32,000 nt of DNA, from contig CP064964.1 of assembly GCA_016699205.1 (NCBI GenBank), positions 270,001-302,000 of the forward strand. The letters are read 5' to 3'. The position numbers were made by a program, and so were the translations under genes. Each line of letters opens with the position of its first letter. Position 1 is the stretch's first letter. The notes beneath the pieces are model-generated. The model was not told the DNA's origin. It searched no databases and saw only the letters and a list, made by a program, of their open reading frames with translations. Shown piece after piece: positions 18,726-27,817 of this stretch. The DNA comes from Candidatus Saccharimonadota bacterium (GTDB lineage Bacteria; Patescibacteriota; Patescibacteriia; 2-12-FULL-60-25).

Positions 18726-19511
18726 TTAAGACTTGGCGGCCTTGAATGCGGCTTGTGCCGCTTCTACGGCTTTCTTGTAAGTCTCGAGCGCTGACTTGAG
18801 TGCGGCTTGTCGCGTGTCTTGCGCGGACTTCATCGAGGCCTTGTGCGCCTCCTGAGCGGCGTTCACGGACTTGTAGAAGGTTTCGCGGGACGCCTTGACT
18901 GCGGCGCGGAATTTCTCGTTAGCAGCCTTGCGTTCATCAGCCGTTCCGTTGCAGCGAGTTTTCCATTCTGCATAAGCGGCGTCGACGGCTGACTTACGCG
19001 TGGCAACGGCGGTATCGACGGCGGTGCGGCGCGTCTTCAGCGAGGCGTCGTGCGCCGAGCGGAAAGCGGCGTTTGCGGCATCGACGGCGGCCTTACGTGC
19101 CACGATGGCGGCATCGACGGCGGCGCGATAAGCGGCAGCGGCGGCTTTCACTGCTTCACTGGCATTGCGCTCGATCATTTTGGAATCCTGTTTGGCGCGA
19201 TTCTCGAGGCGCTTGGCTTCTGCATCATTGCGGTTGGAAAGAAGTTTTCCATTCCATTCGTCGCGATTCTTAGCGATGCGCGAGTCTTGATCGGCACGAA
19301 GTTTGGAAAGACGGTCACCTTCCTTTACTTGGCGTTCCGCATATTCCGCCTCCCACTTGATGGTGCGATCCGAACATACCGTTTCTGTCTTTACCATGAT
19401 CGGCTCAGCCGTCATCGGGTCTTGAGCAAAAGCAGCGACCGGAGCAACAAGCGCCGAAGTCATGGACAAAGCCACGGCTAAAGAAAGGGATTTTTTCATA
19501 GGTAATTTCAT
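18726..19511 (-). CDS. Secreted Ala-rich alpha-helical repeat protein (261 aa) with consecutive 11-residue repeats
   Basis: The signal peptide is MKLPMKKSLSLAVALSMTSALVAPVAAFA. Five back-to-back 11-mers follow: AAVDAAIVARK, AAVDAANAAFR, SAHDASLKTRR, TAVDTAVATRK, SAVDAAYAEWK. The start codon overlaps the ileS stop (TAATG). Confidence 0.7.
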   Translation of the reverse strand: MKLPMKKSLSLAVALSMTSALVAPVAAFAQDPMTAEPIMVKTETVCSDRTIKWEAEYAERQVKEGDRLSKLRADQDSRIAKNRDEWNGKLLSNRNDAEAKRLENRAKQDSKMIERNASEAVKAAAAAYRAAVDAAIVARKAAVDAANAAFRSAHDASLKTRRTAVDTAVATRKSAVDAAYAEWKTRCNGTADERKAANEKFRAAVKASRETFYKSVNAAQEAHKASMKSAQDTRQAALKSALETYKKAVEAAQAAFKAAKS

Positions 19512-22450
19512 TATACCAGTTCCATTTCAACTGTGGGCTCCCCTTCTCCGACAGAGATCGCGAGGCCTTCTGACTTCAAATCACGCATGACTTCTTCTTG
19601 TTTTTCTTGCACCGCCTCAACCATGTCTGCATCTGCCGTCACCGTGAGTCGGACGCGGTCGGAAGGCTGCATGCCTTTTTCTTTACGCGCATTCATGACC
19701 ATGCGGACAAATTCACGACGTAAACCTTTGCGTTTCAATTCCGGCGTGATGACGGTATCGAGCGTAATCGTCCAAGCCTCTTCCTGCCCCGGAGCATGCT
19801 CGATGCGGACGGCTTCAACATTCAACTCTTCTGCGAGCAATGTGGCGAGATCACTCTGACGATTTAAGCGTGCAACTTCTTCAATATCGCTCAAGCGAAC
19901 AATGGCGGCAGCGAGCGCTTGGCGAACTGGAAGTTTAGCGATGGAACGCTGCTCATGCGCTTTGGACGCGGCTTCACGCAGCCATTGCATGTCGGCGAGG
20001 AGACGTTCGTCGATGAGGCGCGGGTCGGCCTTGGGCCATTTGTCGAGGTGGACAGAGGCTTTTGGTCCGCCCATATCGAGATAGATTTTCTCGGCGAGGA
20101 ATGGCGTGAAGGGAGCCATGAGACGCGTGAAATCGAGCATGACTTCAAGCAAGGTCTTCAAGGCATCAATTCGTTCATAAGCATTTTCCGATTTGATGCG
20201 GTCGCGTGAACGACGCAGCCACCAGGTGGAAAGGTCTTCTACGAATGAACGGAGCGGACGCGAGGCGCGTGCGATTTCGTAGTCGTCCATTTCTTTGGTG
20301 ACTTCCTCGATGAGCTTGTGCAGGCGCGAGAACATCCAGCGATCGAGCACATGGGCGCTGCGCGGTTTATCGAGGCGGATCGTCTCCCCTTCTCCGTAGG
20401 TCGCGTAAAACGTTTTGACGTTCCAGAATAAGTTCAAGAAACCACGCACGATATTTTGTAGATCGCGGTCGGAGAAATTGAGCGGCTCGCCTTCCACCAC
20501 GGCAGAAGAAAGCAAGTAGTAACGCATCGCGTCCGCACCGTAGGTCTGGAAGAGCTCCCATGGATCGGTGTAATTCTTTTGGCTCTTGGACATCTTGCGG
20601 CCGTCTTCCGCGAGAATAAGTCCGGTGCAAGTAACATTGGTAAATGCCGGCTTGTTGAAGAGCGCGGTTGAGAGCACGTGCAGGTTGTAAAACCAGCCGC
20701 GGGTTTGGTCGAGAGCTTCACCAATGAAGTCGGCCGGAAAGTTGGCATCGAACCATTTTTTATTCTCGAATGGATAATGCGGTGCGGCGTATGGCATCGA
20801 TCCAGACTCGAACCAGCAGTCGAAGACGTCCGGAATGCGGCGCATTTCCTCGCCCTTGGCATTTTTGAATGTGACTTCGTCGATGTTTGGACGATGCATG
20901 GCCATCACGTCCTTTTCATCAAACTTATGACCTGTCGCTTTCTCGAGATCAGCAATGGAACCAAAGACTTGGACATCCGTTCCGTCTGCATTGGTCCAGA
21001 CCGGAATTGGAGCGCCCCAGAAACGGCTGCGGGAAATACACCAGTCAGGTGCCGTTTCCAAACCTTTTCCAAAGCGGCCTTCCTTTAAGTGCGATGGATG
21101 CCAGTTGATCTTGGCAGCTGTTTTGAGAAGCTTTGGACGCATTTTTTTAATATCGACGTACCAAGCTGGCTGAGCCTTGTAGATCAGGCGCGTGTTGTTG
21201 CGCGCAAAGATCGCGACCGAGTGCTTTACGGTTTCCTTGCGATACATGAGGCCGCGCGACTCGAGATCAGCGATGAGCGTGTCGTTGGAAGCGAGATAGA
21301 ACTTTCCTTCGACTAACGCAATGCCTGGGCGGTGATGACCGACGTGGTCGAGCGTGACGAGAACCGGAAGACCGTGCTCGCCGGCTGCGCGGAAGTCATC
21401 TTCACCAAAAGCCGGAGCCGTGTGAACGATACCGGTTCCGTCGTTCATCGTAACGTAGTCCATGCCGACGATTTCAAATGAAATACGGCCCTCGCGCTCC
21501 ACGAGCGTATCCCAAACTTCTTTCTTGAGCGGATAGAGCGGTTCGTAATGCAGACCTACGAGCGCGGAACCCTGCATCTTTTGCACGATTTCAAAGTCGT
21601 CCTGCTCTTCTCCGAGCGGATAGAATTGTTGCAAGACTTGCGACTGGAGTTTTTCCGCAAAATAATATGTTTCACCCGATGAATTTACCCGTGCCTTCAC
21701 ATACATCTCTTCCGGGTGCACGGCGAGTGCGACGTTTGCCGGAAGCGTCCACGGTGTTGTTGTCCAGGCAAGGAAATAGGTTTTTTCTTCACCAACAGCT
21801 TTGAACTTCACCGTAACAGAAGGATCTTCCATGTCGACATAGGAATTTTCCATGGCGACTTCCGAGTTGGAGAGCGGCGTGCCGTTGACTGGCGAGTAAA
21901 AAGAAACACGCAAATCTTTATAGACGAGTTTCTTTTTCCAGAGCTCAGAAAAAACCCACCAGACCGACTCGATGTAGTCGCGGTCCATGGTTTTGTAGGC
22001 GCCGTCAAAATCGACCCAGCGGCCGAGACGTTCTACATAGCGCTTCCACTCATCCGAATAACGCATGACAGCATCAGCACAAGCACGGTTGAACTTGTCC
22101 ATGCCGTACGCCTCGATGTCCGGCTTGCCTTGGAGCTTTAGTTCTTTTTGGATCAGGGCTTCCATCGGAAGGCCGTGACAGTCCCAACCCCAGACACGTG
22201 GGACGCGATAGCCTTTCATTGTCCAATAGCGCGGAACAGCGTCCTTGATGGCGGATTGGAGGAGGTGGCCCGGGTGCGGAAGACCGGTCGCAAATGGCGG
22301 ACCATCGTAAAAGACATAGCCCTTGCCAGCCGGTCGTTCCTCGATCGAACGCTCAAAAATGCCTTGCTTTTTCCATAAAGCGGCCATTTCTTCCTCGATC
22401 TTGGGGAAGAGCGGTGCACGGTCCTCCCCTGTCTTGGCTGGTTCTGTCAT
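19511..22450 (-). CDS. ileS: Isoleucyl-tRNA synthetase (eukaryote-like type 2 architecture)
   Basis: The 979-aa protein has an N-terminal FYDGPPFATGLPHPGH (HIGH-type motif), a KMSKS motif (GRKMSKSQKN) and a CP1 editing region. Confidence 0.97.
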   Translation of the reverse strand: MTEPAKTGEDRAPLFPKIEEEMAALWKKQGIFERSIEERPAGKGYVFYDGPPFATGLPHPGHLLQSAIKDAVPRYWTMKGYRVPRVWGWDCHGLPMEALIQKELKLQGKPDIEAYGMDKFNRACADAVMRYSDEWKRYVERLGRWVDFDGAYKTMDRDYIESVWWVFSELWKKKLVYKDLRVSFYSPVNGTPLSNSEVAMENSYVDMEDPSVTVKFKAVGEEKTYFLAWTTTPWTLPANVALAVHPEEMYVKARVNSSGETYYFAEKLQSQVLQQFYPLGEEQDDFEIVQKMQGSALVGLHYEPLYPLKKEVWDTLVEREGRISFEIVGMDYVTMNDGTGIVHTAPAFGEDDFRAAGEHGLPVLVTLDHVGHHRPGIALVEGKFYLASNDTLIADLESRGLMYRKETVKHSVAIFARNNTRLIYKAQPAWYVDIKKMRPKLLKTAAKINWHPSHLKEGRFGKGLETAPDWCISRSRFWGAPIPVWTNADGTDVQVFGSIADLEKATGHKFDEKDVMAMHRPNIDEVTFKNAKGEEMRRIPDVFDCWFESGSMPYAAPHYPFENKKWFDANFPADFIGEALDQTRGWFYNLHVLSTALFNKPAFTNVTCTGLILAEDGRKMSKSQKNYTDPWELFQTYGADAMRYYLLSSAVVEGEPLNFSDRDLQNIVRGFLNLFWNVKTFYATYGEGETIRLDKPRSAHVLDRWMFSRLHKLIEEVTKEMDDYEIARASRPLRSFVEDLSTWWLRRSRDRIKSENAYERIDALKTLLEVMLDFTRLMAPFTPFLAEKIYLDMGGPKASVHLDKWPKADPRLIDERLLADMQWLREAASKAHEQRSIAKLPVRQALAAAIVRLSDIEEVARLNRQSDLATLLAEELNVEAVRIEHAPGQEEAWTITLDTVITPELKRKGLRREFVRMVMNARKEKGMQPSDRVRLTVTADADMVEAVQEKQEEVMRDLKSEGLAISVGEGEPTVEMELV

Positions 22451-22497
22451 AATAGGAGAAGAATGCGTCGGAATTGGTCCGAGGTCAAGCCATTTTT

Positions 22498-22941
22498 ATG
22501 CCAACCAAACCCATGATTTATCTCGGAGCCGACCATGCGGGCTTCAAATTAAAGGAATCGCTCAAGGAAGCGTTAACCAAGGCCAAGCTTCCGGTCTGCG
22601 ATTTGTCGCCCCGCCTCGTGAAAGAAGATGACTATCCCCTCGCTGCTATAAAAGTGACGTTGGCGGTTTTGCATGAAGTAGGCAGTTTGGGACTGCTCGT
22701 ATGCGGAACGGGTCACGGTATGGATATTGCCGCCAATCGTTACAAAGGCGCGCGAGCGATCGTTGCGAGGACGGAACAAGACGCCAAACTGTCACGCGAA
22801 CATAATCATGCAAATATTTTAGTATTAGGTGGATGGGTGACAAAGCCGGCTCTCGCGAAAAAGATTGTCATGAAGTTTTTGAAAACAAAGCCGAGTAAAG
22901 TCGAGCGGCATGTGCGGCGCGTGAATCAACTCGATACATGA
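22498..22941 (+). CDS. rpiB: Ribose-5-phosphate isomerase B (RpiB/LacA/LacB family)
   Basis: The motifs IYLGADHAGFKLKE and GLLVCGTGHGMDIAANRYKGARA are present. The listed ORF starts at a TTG (22474); ATG 22498 or ATG 22513 are more plausible starts. Confidence 0.85.
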   Translation: MPTKPMIYLGADHAGFKLKESLKEALTKAKLPVCDLSPRLVKEDDYPLAAIKVTLAVLHEVGSLGLLVCGTGHGMDIAANRYKGARAIVARTEQDAKLSREHNHANILVLGGWVTKPALAKKIVMKFLKTKPSKVERHVRRVNQLDT

Positions 22942-23567
22942 ACACGGAAATCATTCCGGCCATTCTCGTCCAAGATGAACAGACGTTCATCGAGCGGCTG
23001 CGTATGGTCGAGGGTTTGGTGACGAGCGTGCAGATCGATTGTATGGACGGACATTTTGTTGCAAATCGATCTTGGTATGAAGCGGGATCGATCGATACGA
23101 CGCTGGGCATCGAATTACATTTGATGGTGAGCGATCCACGTCTCACGATTCAGGCTTGGCGACGCGTCCCGCAGCTTGAACGGGCGATTTGGCACATTGA
23201 AATTCCGATGGATCACACGGCCGCGATCGAAGACTGCCGTGAATTGGGCATCGAGTGCGGCTTAGCGATCTCTCCAGAGACGCCGGTTGAAAAACTCCTC
23301 CCCTATCTTGAGAGAATCGATGAGGTACTCGTGTTAGGCGTGACCCCTGGATGGAGCGGACAAAAACTTATCGCGTCGACGATTGAAAAGATTTCTGCGG
23401 TAAAGCATATCAACCCTGCGATCTTTGTCGGTTTTGACGGCGGGGTTACACTCGACAATTTGAAATCAATCGCCGAGGCAGGCGCCGACCGCATCAACCT
23501 TGCTTCCGCCCTCTTTAAAACCCCTGACCCGCGCGAGACCTTGCGTGCTATACTTTCCAGCATATGA
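22938..23567 (+). CDS. rpe: Ribulose-phosphate 3-epimerase-like protein
   Basis: The sequences IIPAIL...VQIDCMDGHFVAN...LHLMV...VLVLGVTPGWSGQKL...GFDGGV show a TIM-barrel Rpe pattern. An ATGA overlap links it to rpiB. Confidence 0.8.
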   Translation: MNTEIIPAILVQDEQTFIERLRMVEGLVTSVQIDCMDGHFVANRSWYEAGSIDTTLGIELHLMVSDPRLTIQAWRRVPQLERAIWHIEIPMDHTAAIEDCRELGIECGLAISPETPVEKLLPYLERIDEVLVLGVTPGWSGQKLIASTIEKISAVKHINPAIFVGFDGGVTLDNLKSIAEAGADRINLASALFKTPDPRETLRAILSSI

Positions 23568-24955
23568 AGAGAATTTCCCTGATCTTAGCATCTGCTGCCA
23601 TGGCGCTGGTTCCACTCATGTCACATGCCGCAGCTCTCTCCCCTGGCGATCTGATTAAAGGATCGACGAGCTCGGTTTATTATTATGGCGTCGATAACAA
23701 GCGCTACGTTTTCCCGACAGAGAAAACATTCAAGACTTGGTATGCCGGATTTGATTCCGTTAAAACCATTTCGGATGCGGAACTTGGGGCGCTCATGATT
23801 GGCGGAAATGTGACGTATCGACCAGGATTGCGTTTGGTAAAAATTACGACTGATCCAAAAGTGTATGCCGTTGGAGCGAATGGCTCACTGCGCTGGGTGA
23901 TGACCGAGGGTGTTGCCCGCGACTTGTACGGTACGGATTGGAGCACGAAGGTCGATGATATTCCGGATTCTTTTTTCATTAACTACCGGGTTGGCGCACC
24001 GATTGCATCCGCAACAGATTTTTCTCCAAATCAAGAAATGACAACGGCGAGCTCGATCGCTGTTGATCGCGGACTGACGACACCGACTCCTACGCCGACC
24101 CCGACTCCGACTCCGACCACCACGACTCCGATTCCGCCGGTCTATAGCGGCAGCATCGAACTCTCAAGCAATAATGCCGCCGTTAATACATCGATTAATG
24201 TTTTGGCGATTGCCAACCGTTCATCAGAGATCTCGGCCATTACCCTCTTCTTTGATGGAGTCTTTTATAAGCGCTGCGAATACAGCCCATGCAGCAGCGA
24301 CGTGCAGATGAATGGGACTAAAGAAACCGCTGATACTGTTGCCAGGTTTGAATGGATTATGGGTCAGCGCGCCTATGCAACGAGCACGGTCAGCTTACAG
24401 AGCGGCGGCGTTCCAGGCATTTCGATCAACGTTACGCGACCTGAAGTACGCATGAATGGTCTACGTGAAGTCGTTGTTGACTCTGATGACCGCTTTATCG
24501 CCAGAACGATTGATATTTTTGTTGATGGAAACAGTGTTCGAGGATGTACCGACCAGCAACAGTGCCGCTACACAGGTGAAGAGCTCTCGCCGATTGGAAC
24601 CGTACATTCTGTTTATGCGATTCTGCGTGACACGAATGGCACAGCGCAGCAGACGGAAACCAAACATATTACCGTCGTTGAGAATGAGCGGCCGCTTGTA
24701 TCCGTCGAGCCTGGTAAGAATACTATTTTCCGCGGTGAAACGGTTGACGTAACCGTCCGCGCCACGGATGACAATGGTATTGCTTGGTCGGAAATTTGGA
24801 TCGATGATACTTTGGTAAAACATTGCATGACTAGCATCTGTACAGCTGATATCGGACCGTGGAGCACCGCCAGACAGGTGCGCGCTATCGGTAAAGCGCA
24901 GGATAACTCCGGTTTCATCGGACAGGGCACCTCGACAACCGTCTTTGTGCAGTAA
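23564..24955 (+). CDS. Secreted modular surface protein (463 aa) with a conserved N-terminal module, a Thr-Pro linker and three Cys-pair beta-rich repeats
   Basis: A signal peptide is followed by an N-terminal module of about 125 aa that is shared with the next gene. A TPTPTPTPTPTPTTTTP linker follows. Three repeats carry hhhDG..h..C....C motifs (ITLFFDGVFYKRCEYSPC, IDIFVDGNSVRGCTDQQQC, IWIDDTLVKHCMTSIC). Confidence 0.8.
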   Translation: MKRISLILASAAMALVPLMSHAAALSPGDLIKGSTSSVYYYGVDNKRYVFPTEKTFKTWYAGFDSVKTISDAELGALMIGGNVTYRPGLRLVKITTDPKVYAVGANGSLRWVMTEGVARDLYGTDWSTKVDDIPDSFFINYRVGAPIASATDFSPNQEMTTASSIAVDRGLTTPTPTPTPTPTPTTTTPIPPVYSGSIELSSNNAAVNTSINVLAIANRSSEISAITLFFDGVFYKRCEYSPCSSDVQMNGTKETADTVARFEWIMGQRAYATSTVSLQSGGVPGISINVTRPEVRMNGLREVVVDSDDRFIARTIDIFVDGNSVRGCTDQQQCRYTGEELSPIGTVHSVYAILRDTNGTAQQTETKHITVVENERPLVSVEPGKNTIFRGETVDVTVRATDDNGIAWSEIWIDDTLVKHCMTSICTADIGPWSTARQVRAIGKAQDNSGFIGQGTSTTVFVQ

Positions 24956-25009
24956 TGGTTTGTGTGCCATTCTAGTATTGCTTAATTCTTTTCCCTCTAT
25001 CCACACTTT

Positions 25010-25804
25010 ATGAAGCATTTGCTTCGCCGCGGTTTGGCTACAGCCGGCACGCTCGCCATGATGGCCGCTCCGCTCGCTTCCCAGGCCCAATCTGTTACTA
25101 GCGCTTTTTCTGCTGGTGACTTGATCAAGGGCTCCGGTTCCACCGTTTACTACTTTGCCCCGACTGGAAAGCGCTTTGTTTTCCCGAACGACAAAACCTA
25201 CTTCACCTGGTACACCAATTTTAACGGTGTGAAGCGCATTAGCGACGGCGCCCTCGCTTCCATCCCGCTGGGAGGAAACGTGACCTATCGCCCAGGAGTA
25301 AAGATGGTTAAGATCACGACCGATCCTAAAGTCTACGCTGTCGACCAGAACGGCGTGCTCCGCTGGGTCAAGACGGAACAGATCGCTGAATCGTTATTTG
25401 GTCTTGCTTGGAAGAGCCGCATCGACGACGTACCGGATGCATTTTTCACCAACTACCGCGTTGGTAACCCGATTGAACTTTCCGCCGAGTACAAGCCAGC
25501 TGACGTGATGACGCTCACTGCGACCATCGCTCAAGACAAGCAGATGGATGAAACCCTTGCCACGATTACCATTGGTAACGTCGACAACGGCTTTGTTCCA
25601 AAGACCGTCACGATCAAGCGCGGAACGACTGTCACTTGGACGAACCGCGACAACAATGTCCACAATGTAACCGGCTCCGGCTGGTCCTCTGGCGACATTG
25701 CTGCCAACGGCGAGTACAAGCGCAAGTTCGACACGAATGGTTCGTTCGAATACCGCGACACCATCAACCCGGCCAACACAGCCACCATCAACGTCGTGAA
25801 CTAG
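25010..25804 (+). CDS. Secreted protein (264 aa) combining the same N-terminal module with a C-terminal cupredoxin-like domain that lacks a complete copper site
   Basis: A signal peptide is followed by a module paralogous to the previous gene (GDLIKGSGSTVYYF...KITTDPKVYAVDQNGVLRWV...DDVPDAFFTNYRVG). The C-terminus reads FVPKTVTIKRGTTVTWTNRDNNVHNV...GSFEYRDTINPANTATINVV, with no Cys, His or Met where type-1 copper ligands normally sit. Confidence 0.8.
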   Translation: MKHLLRRGLATAGTLAMMAAPLASQAQSVTSAFSAGDLIKGSGSTVYYFAPTGKRFVFPNDKTYFTWYTNFNGVKRISDGALASIPLGGNVTYRPGVKMVKITTDPKVYAVDQNGVLRWVKTEQIAESLFGLAWKSRIDDVPDAFFTNYRVGNPIELSAEYKPADVMTLTATIAQDKQMDETLATITIGNVDNGFVPKTVTIKRGTTVTWTNRDNNVHNVTGSGWSSGDIAANGEYKRKFDTNGSFEYRDTINPANTATINVVN

Positions 25805-25820
25805 TCAAGCGTTACAGCCG

Positions 25821-25855
25821 ACAAACCCCGCCAATCCGGCGGGGTTTGTTTTTTC
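25821..25855 (+). terminator. Intrinsic terminator
   Basis: ACAAACCCCGCC / AATCC / GGCGGGGTTTGT forms the hairpin, followed by T6. Confidence 0.75.
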
Positions 25856-25881
25856 TCCGAAACGGCGTAGAATAGCGCCAT

Positions 25882-26885
25882 ATGTTGAAGAAAACCCTAG
25901 GACTCATTGCCCTCTTGCTGCTTGTCATTGTCGGTGAAGTTTTCTGGCTTAGCCAAAGCGACATCCAAGGCAAGTGGATGTCTCGAATGCAAAACGAGAT
26001 CACAAGACCAACGGACTCGATGTTTGACGATGACACATCTGCATTAGACATGTTTGGTGACGATGGGTACGGAGATGAGATTGATTCAGAGTCATTGGTA
26101 ACTGCGGGAACGGTTGCAACACTCGGAAATGCCAACGGTAGTGTTACCGTTACTCGTGAAGGCGAGATTCTTGCACTTTCCCCATTCATGCCACTTCTCG
26201 TCAATGACGAAATTCAGACCGGAGCTGATGGAAGAGCAGAGATCGGTTGGTCAGGGTATGGTCGCACGTTGATCGCCCCAAATACAAAGCTGACGATTAC
26301 GGTAGCTCAGCAGGGTGAAACAGAAGAAGGGATCATGGCAAGCTAAAGCTTGAGAGCGGACGCATCTGGACGCGTCTTGAGAAACTTCTTTCTGCGGGAT
26401 CCAGTTTTGAGGTGAAGGCTTCAAATGTTGTCGCTACGGTGCGCGGCACAAGCTTTGGTGTCGGTCTTGATCAGCCAGGCAAGGTCGAGGTGAAGGTCGC
26501 GGAGTCGAACGTGCAGATCGCACGTACGGTAGATGCGGATTCTGACGAGATCGTCGGCTTCCCTATCACGATGGGTGCTATGCAGCGCATGGAGATGGCT
26601 GAGAAGGAGACCTCCCTTCCAAAGCCAACGAGTATGACGGCAGGCGAAATGGAGAAGGACGTGTTCTTGATGGAAGGTAATATCAAGGTTCCTGAGGAAT
26701 ATCTTGATATGGAATGGATGGCCTTTGTTGAGCTTATTCTGAGCCAAATTCCAGCTGATCAGATGCCGGCAGACTTTGATCGCGAAGCCTTCATGGAATA
26801 CATGCGCCAAGTCCAGGCACAGATTCCGGATGAGGTAAAAGAGCAGTACATGCAGGAATATAATTCAGGAATGTACTCGAACTAA
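25882..26885 (+). pseudogene. FecR-domain membrane protein, split by a frameshift between 26319 and 26346
   Basis: ORF 25882..26346 carries a TM helix plus the first half of a FecR-like domain (GSVTVTREGEILA...LLVNDEIQTGADGRAEIGWSGYGRTLIAPNTKLTI). The frame of ORF 26412..26885 is open from 26319 and carries the second half (KLESGRIWTRLEKLLSAGSSFEVKASNVVATVRGTSFGV). The two frames overlap by 28 nt. Confidence 0.7.
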
Positions 26886-26894
26886 AAACAACAT

Positions 26895-26922
26895 AAAAAC
26901 ACCCCGTCAACGGGGTGTTTTT
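26895..26922 (+). terminator. Intrinsic terminator
   Basis: The sequence is A5 ACACCCCG / TCAA / CGGGGTGT T4. Confidence 0.75.
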
Positions 26923-26938
26923 ATGTTATGATGGTTTT

Positions 26939-27811
26939 ATGATGCGGTCTAAATCGCAGCCAATGATGACGATCTCGGATCTCGAGAAAAAGGCGTATGC
27001 CATTCGCCAAGACATCATTACGGCGCTCGTCGCTGCCAAGAGCGGGCACTCGGCTGGACCGCTTGGGATGGCGGATATTTTTACCGCACTCTATTTCCGC
27101 GTATTGAATGTCACGCCGGAAACACGCAATGACGAGGATCGCGATCGCGTTGTCCTTTCCAATGCGCATATTTGCCCTGTGCTTTATGCAACGTTGGCAC
27201 AGCGAGGATTTGCCAAGCGCGATGTTTTTTTAAAAACGCTGCGCAAGATGGGAAGCCCGTTCCAAGGACACTCCAATAACCATTTTGACATGGGTATTGA
27301 GACATGCGGCGGTCCGCTCGGCCAAGGACTGTCTCAGGCTGTCGGCATGGCTTTGGCGGCGCGTATGGATGATGCTAAATGGCGAACCTACTGCCTGATG
27401 AGCGATGGCGAGCTGGATGAAGGCCAAAGTTGGGAGGCTGTCATGTTGGCTGGAAAGGAACGTTTGAGGAATCTGACCGCGATCGTTGATCGCAATAACA
27501 TCCAAATTGATGGCTACACGGAAAACATCATGCCACTTGAGCCTTTGGCTGATAAATGGCGATCCTTCAACTGGCACGTGATAGAAATCGACGGACACAA
27601 TATTGGGCAGTTCCTGGATGCGGTCGGTGAAGCAAAGGCGGTTTATGAAAAGCCAACCGTGATCATCGCCCACACGATACCGGGTAAAGGCGTGAGCTTC
27701 ATGGAAAATCGTTTTGAATGGCATGGGAAACCGCCAAACCAAGAAGAAGCCAAGGAAGCCATGATCGAACTAAGAACGCTGCAAGGACAGATAACAAGCG
27801 AACACCAATAA
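26939..27811 (+). CDS. Transketolase, N-terminal (thiamine-diphosphate-binding) subunit
   Basis: The motifs GHSAGPLGMADIFTALYF, LSNAHICPVLYA, GPLGQGLSQAVGMALA and MSDGELDEGQSWEA are present. I chose the start at ATG 26939, because the listed GTG at 26915 lies inside the upstream terminator hairpin. Confidence 0.9.
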   Translation: MMRSKSQPMMTISDLEKKAYAIRQDIITALVAAKSGHSAGPLGMADIFTALYFRVLNVTPETRNDEDRDRVVLSNAHICPVLYATLAQRGFAKRDVFLKTLRKMGSPFQGHSNNHFDMGIETCGGPLGQGLSQAVGMALAARMDDAKWRTYCLMSDGELDEGQSWEAVMLAGKERLRNLTAIVDRNNIQIDGYTENIMPLEPLADKWRSFNWHVIEIDGHNIGQFLDAVGEAKAVYEKPTVIIAHTIPGKGVSFMENRFEWHGKPPNQEEAKEAMIELRTLQGQITSEHQ

Positions 27812-27817
27812 CATTTT

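Noticed and set aside
24079-24135. Tandem ACNCCG hexanucleotide repeat
   Set aside because: It is in frame inside the 463-aa gene and encodes a Thr-Pro interdomain linker. It is not a regulatory microsatellite or a CRISPR-like array.
25868-25884. Leaderless-mRNA promoter (TAGAAT, 8 nt before the ATG of the FecR-domain gene)
   Set aside because: The -35 match is poor and overlaps the upstream terminator T-tract. The evidence is too thin to report as a feature.
26915-26938. GTG start at 26915 for the transketolase N-terminal subunit
   Set aside because: This start lies inside the stem and T-tract of the upstream terminator. The ATG ATG at 26939-26944 gives a normal N-terminus.
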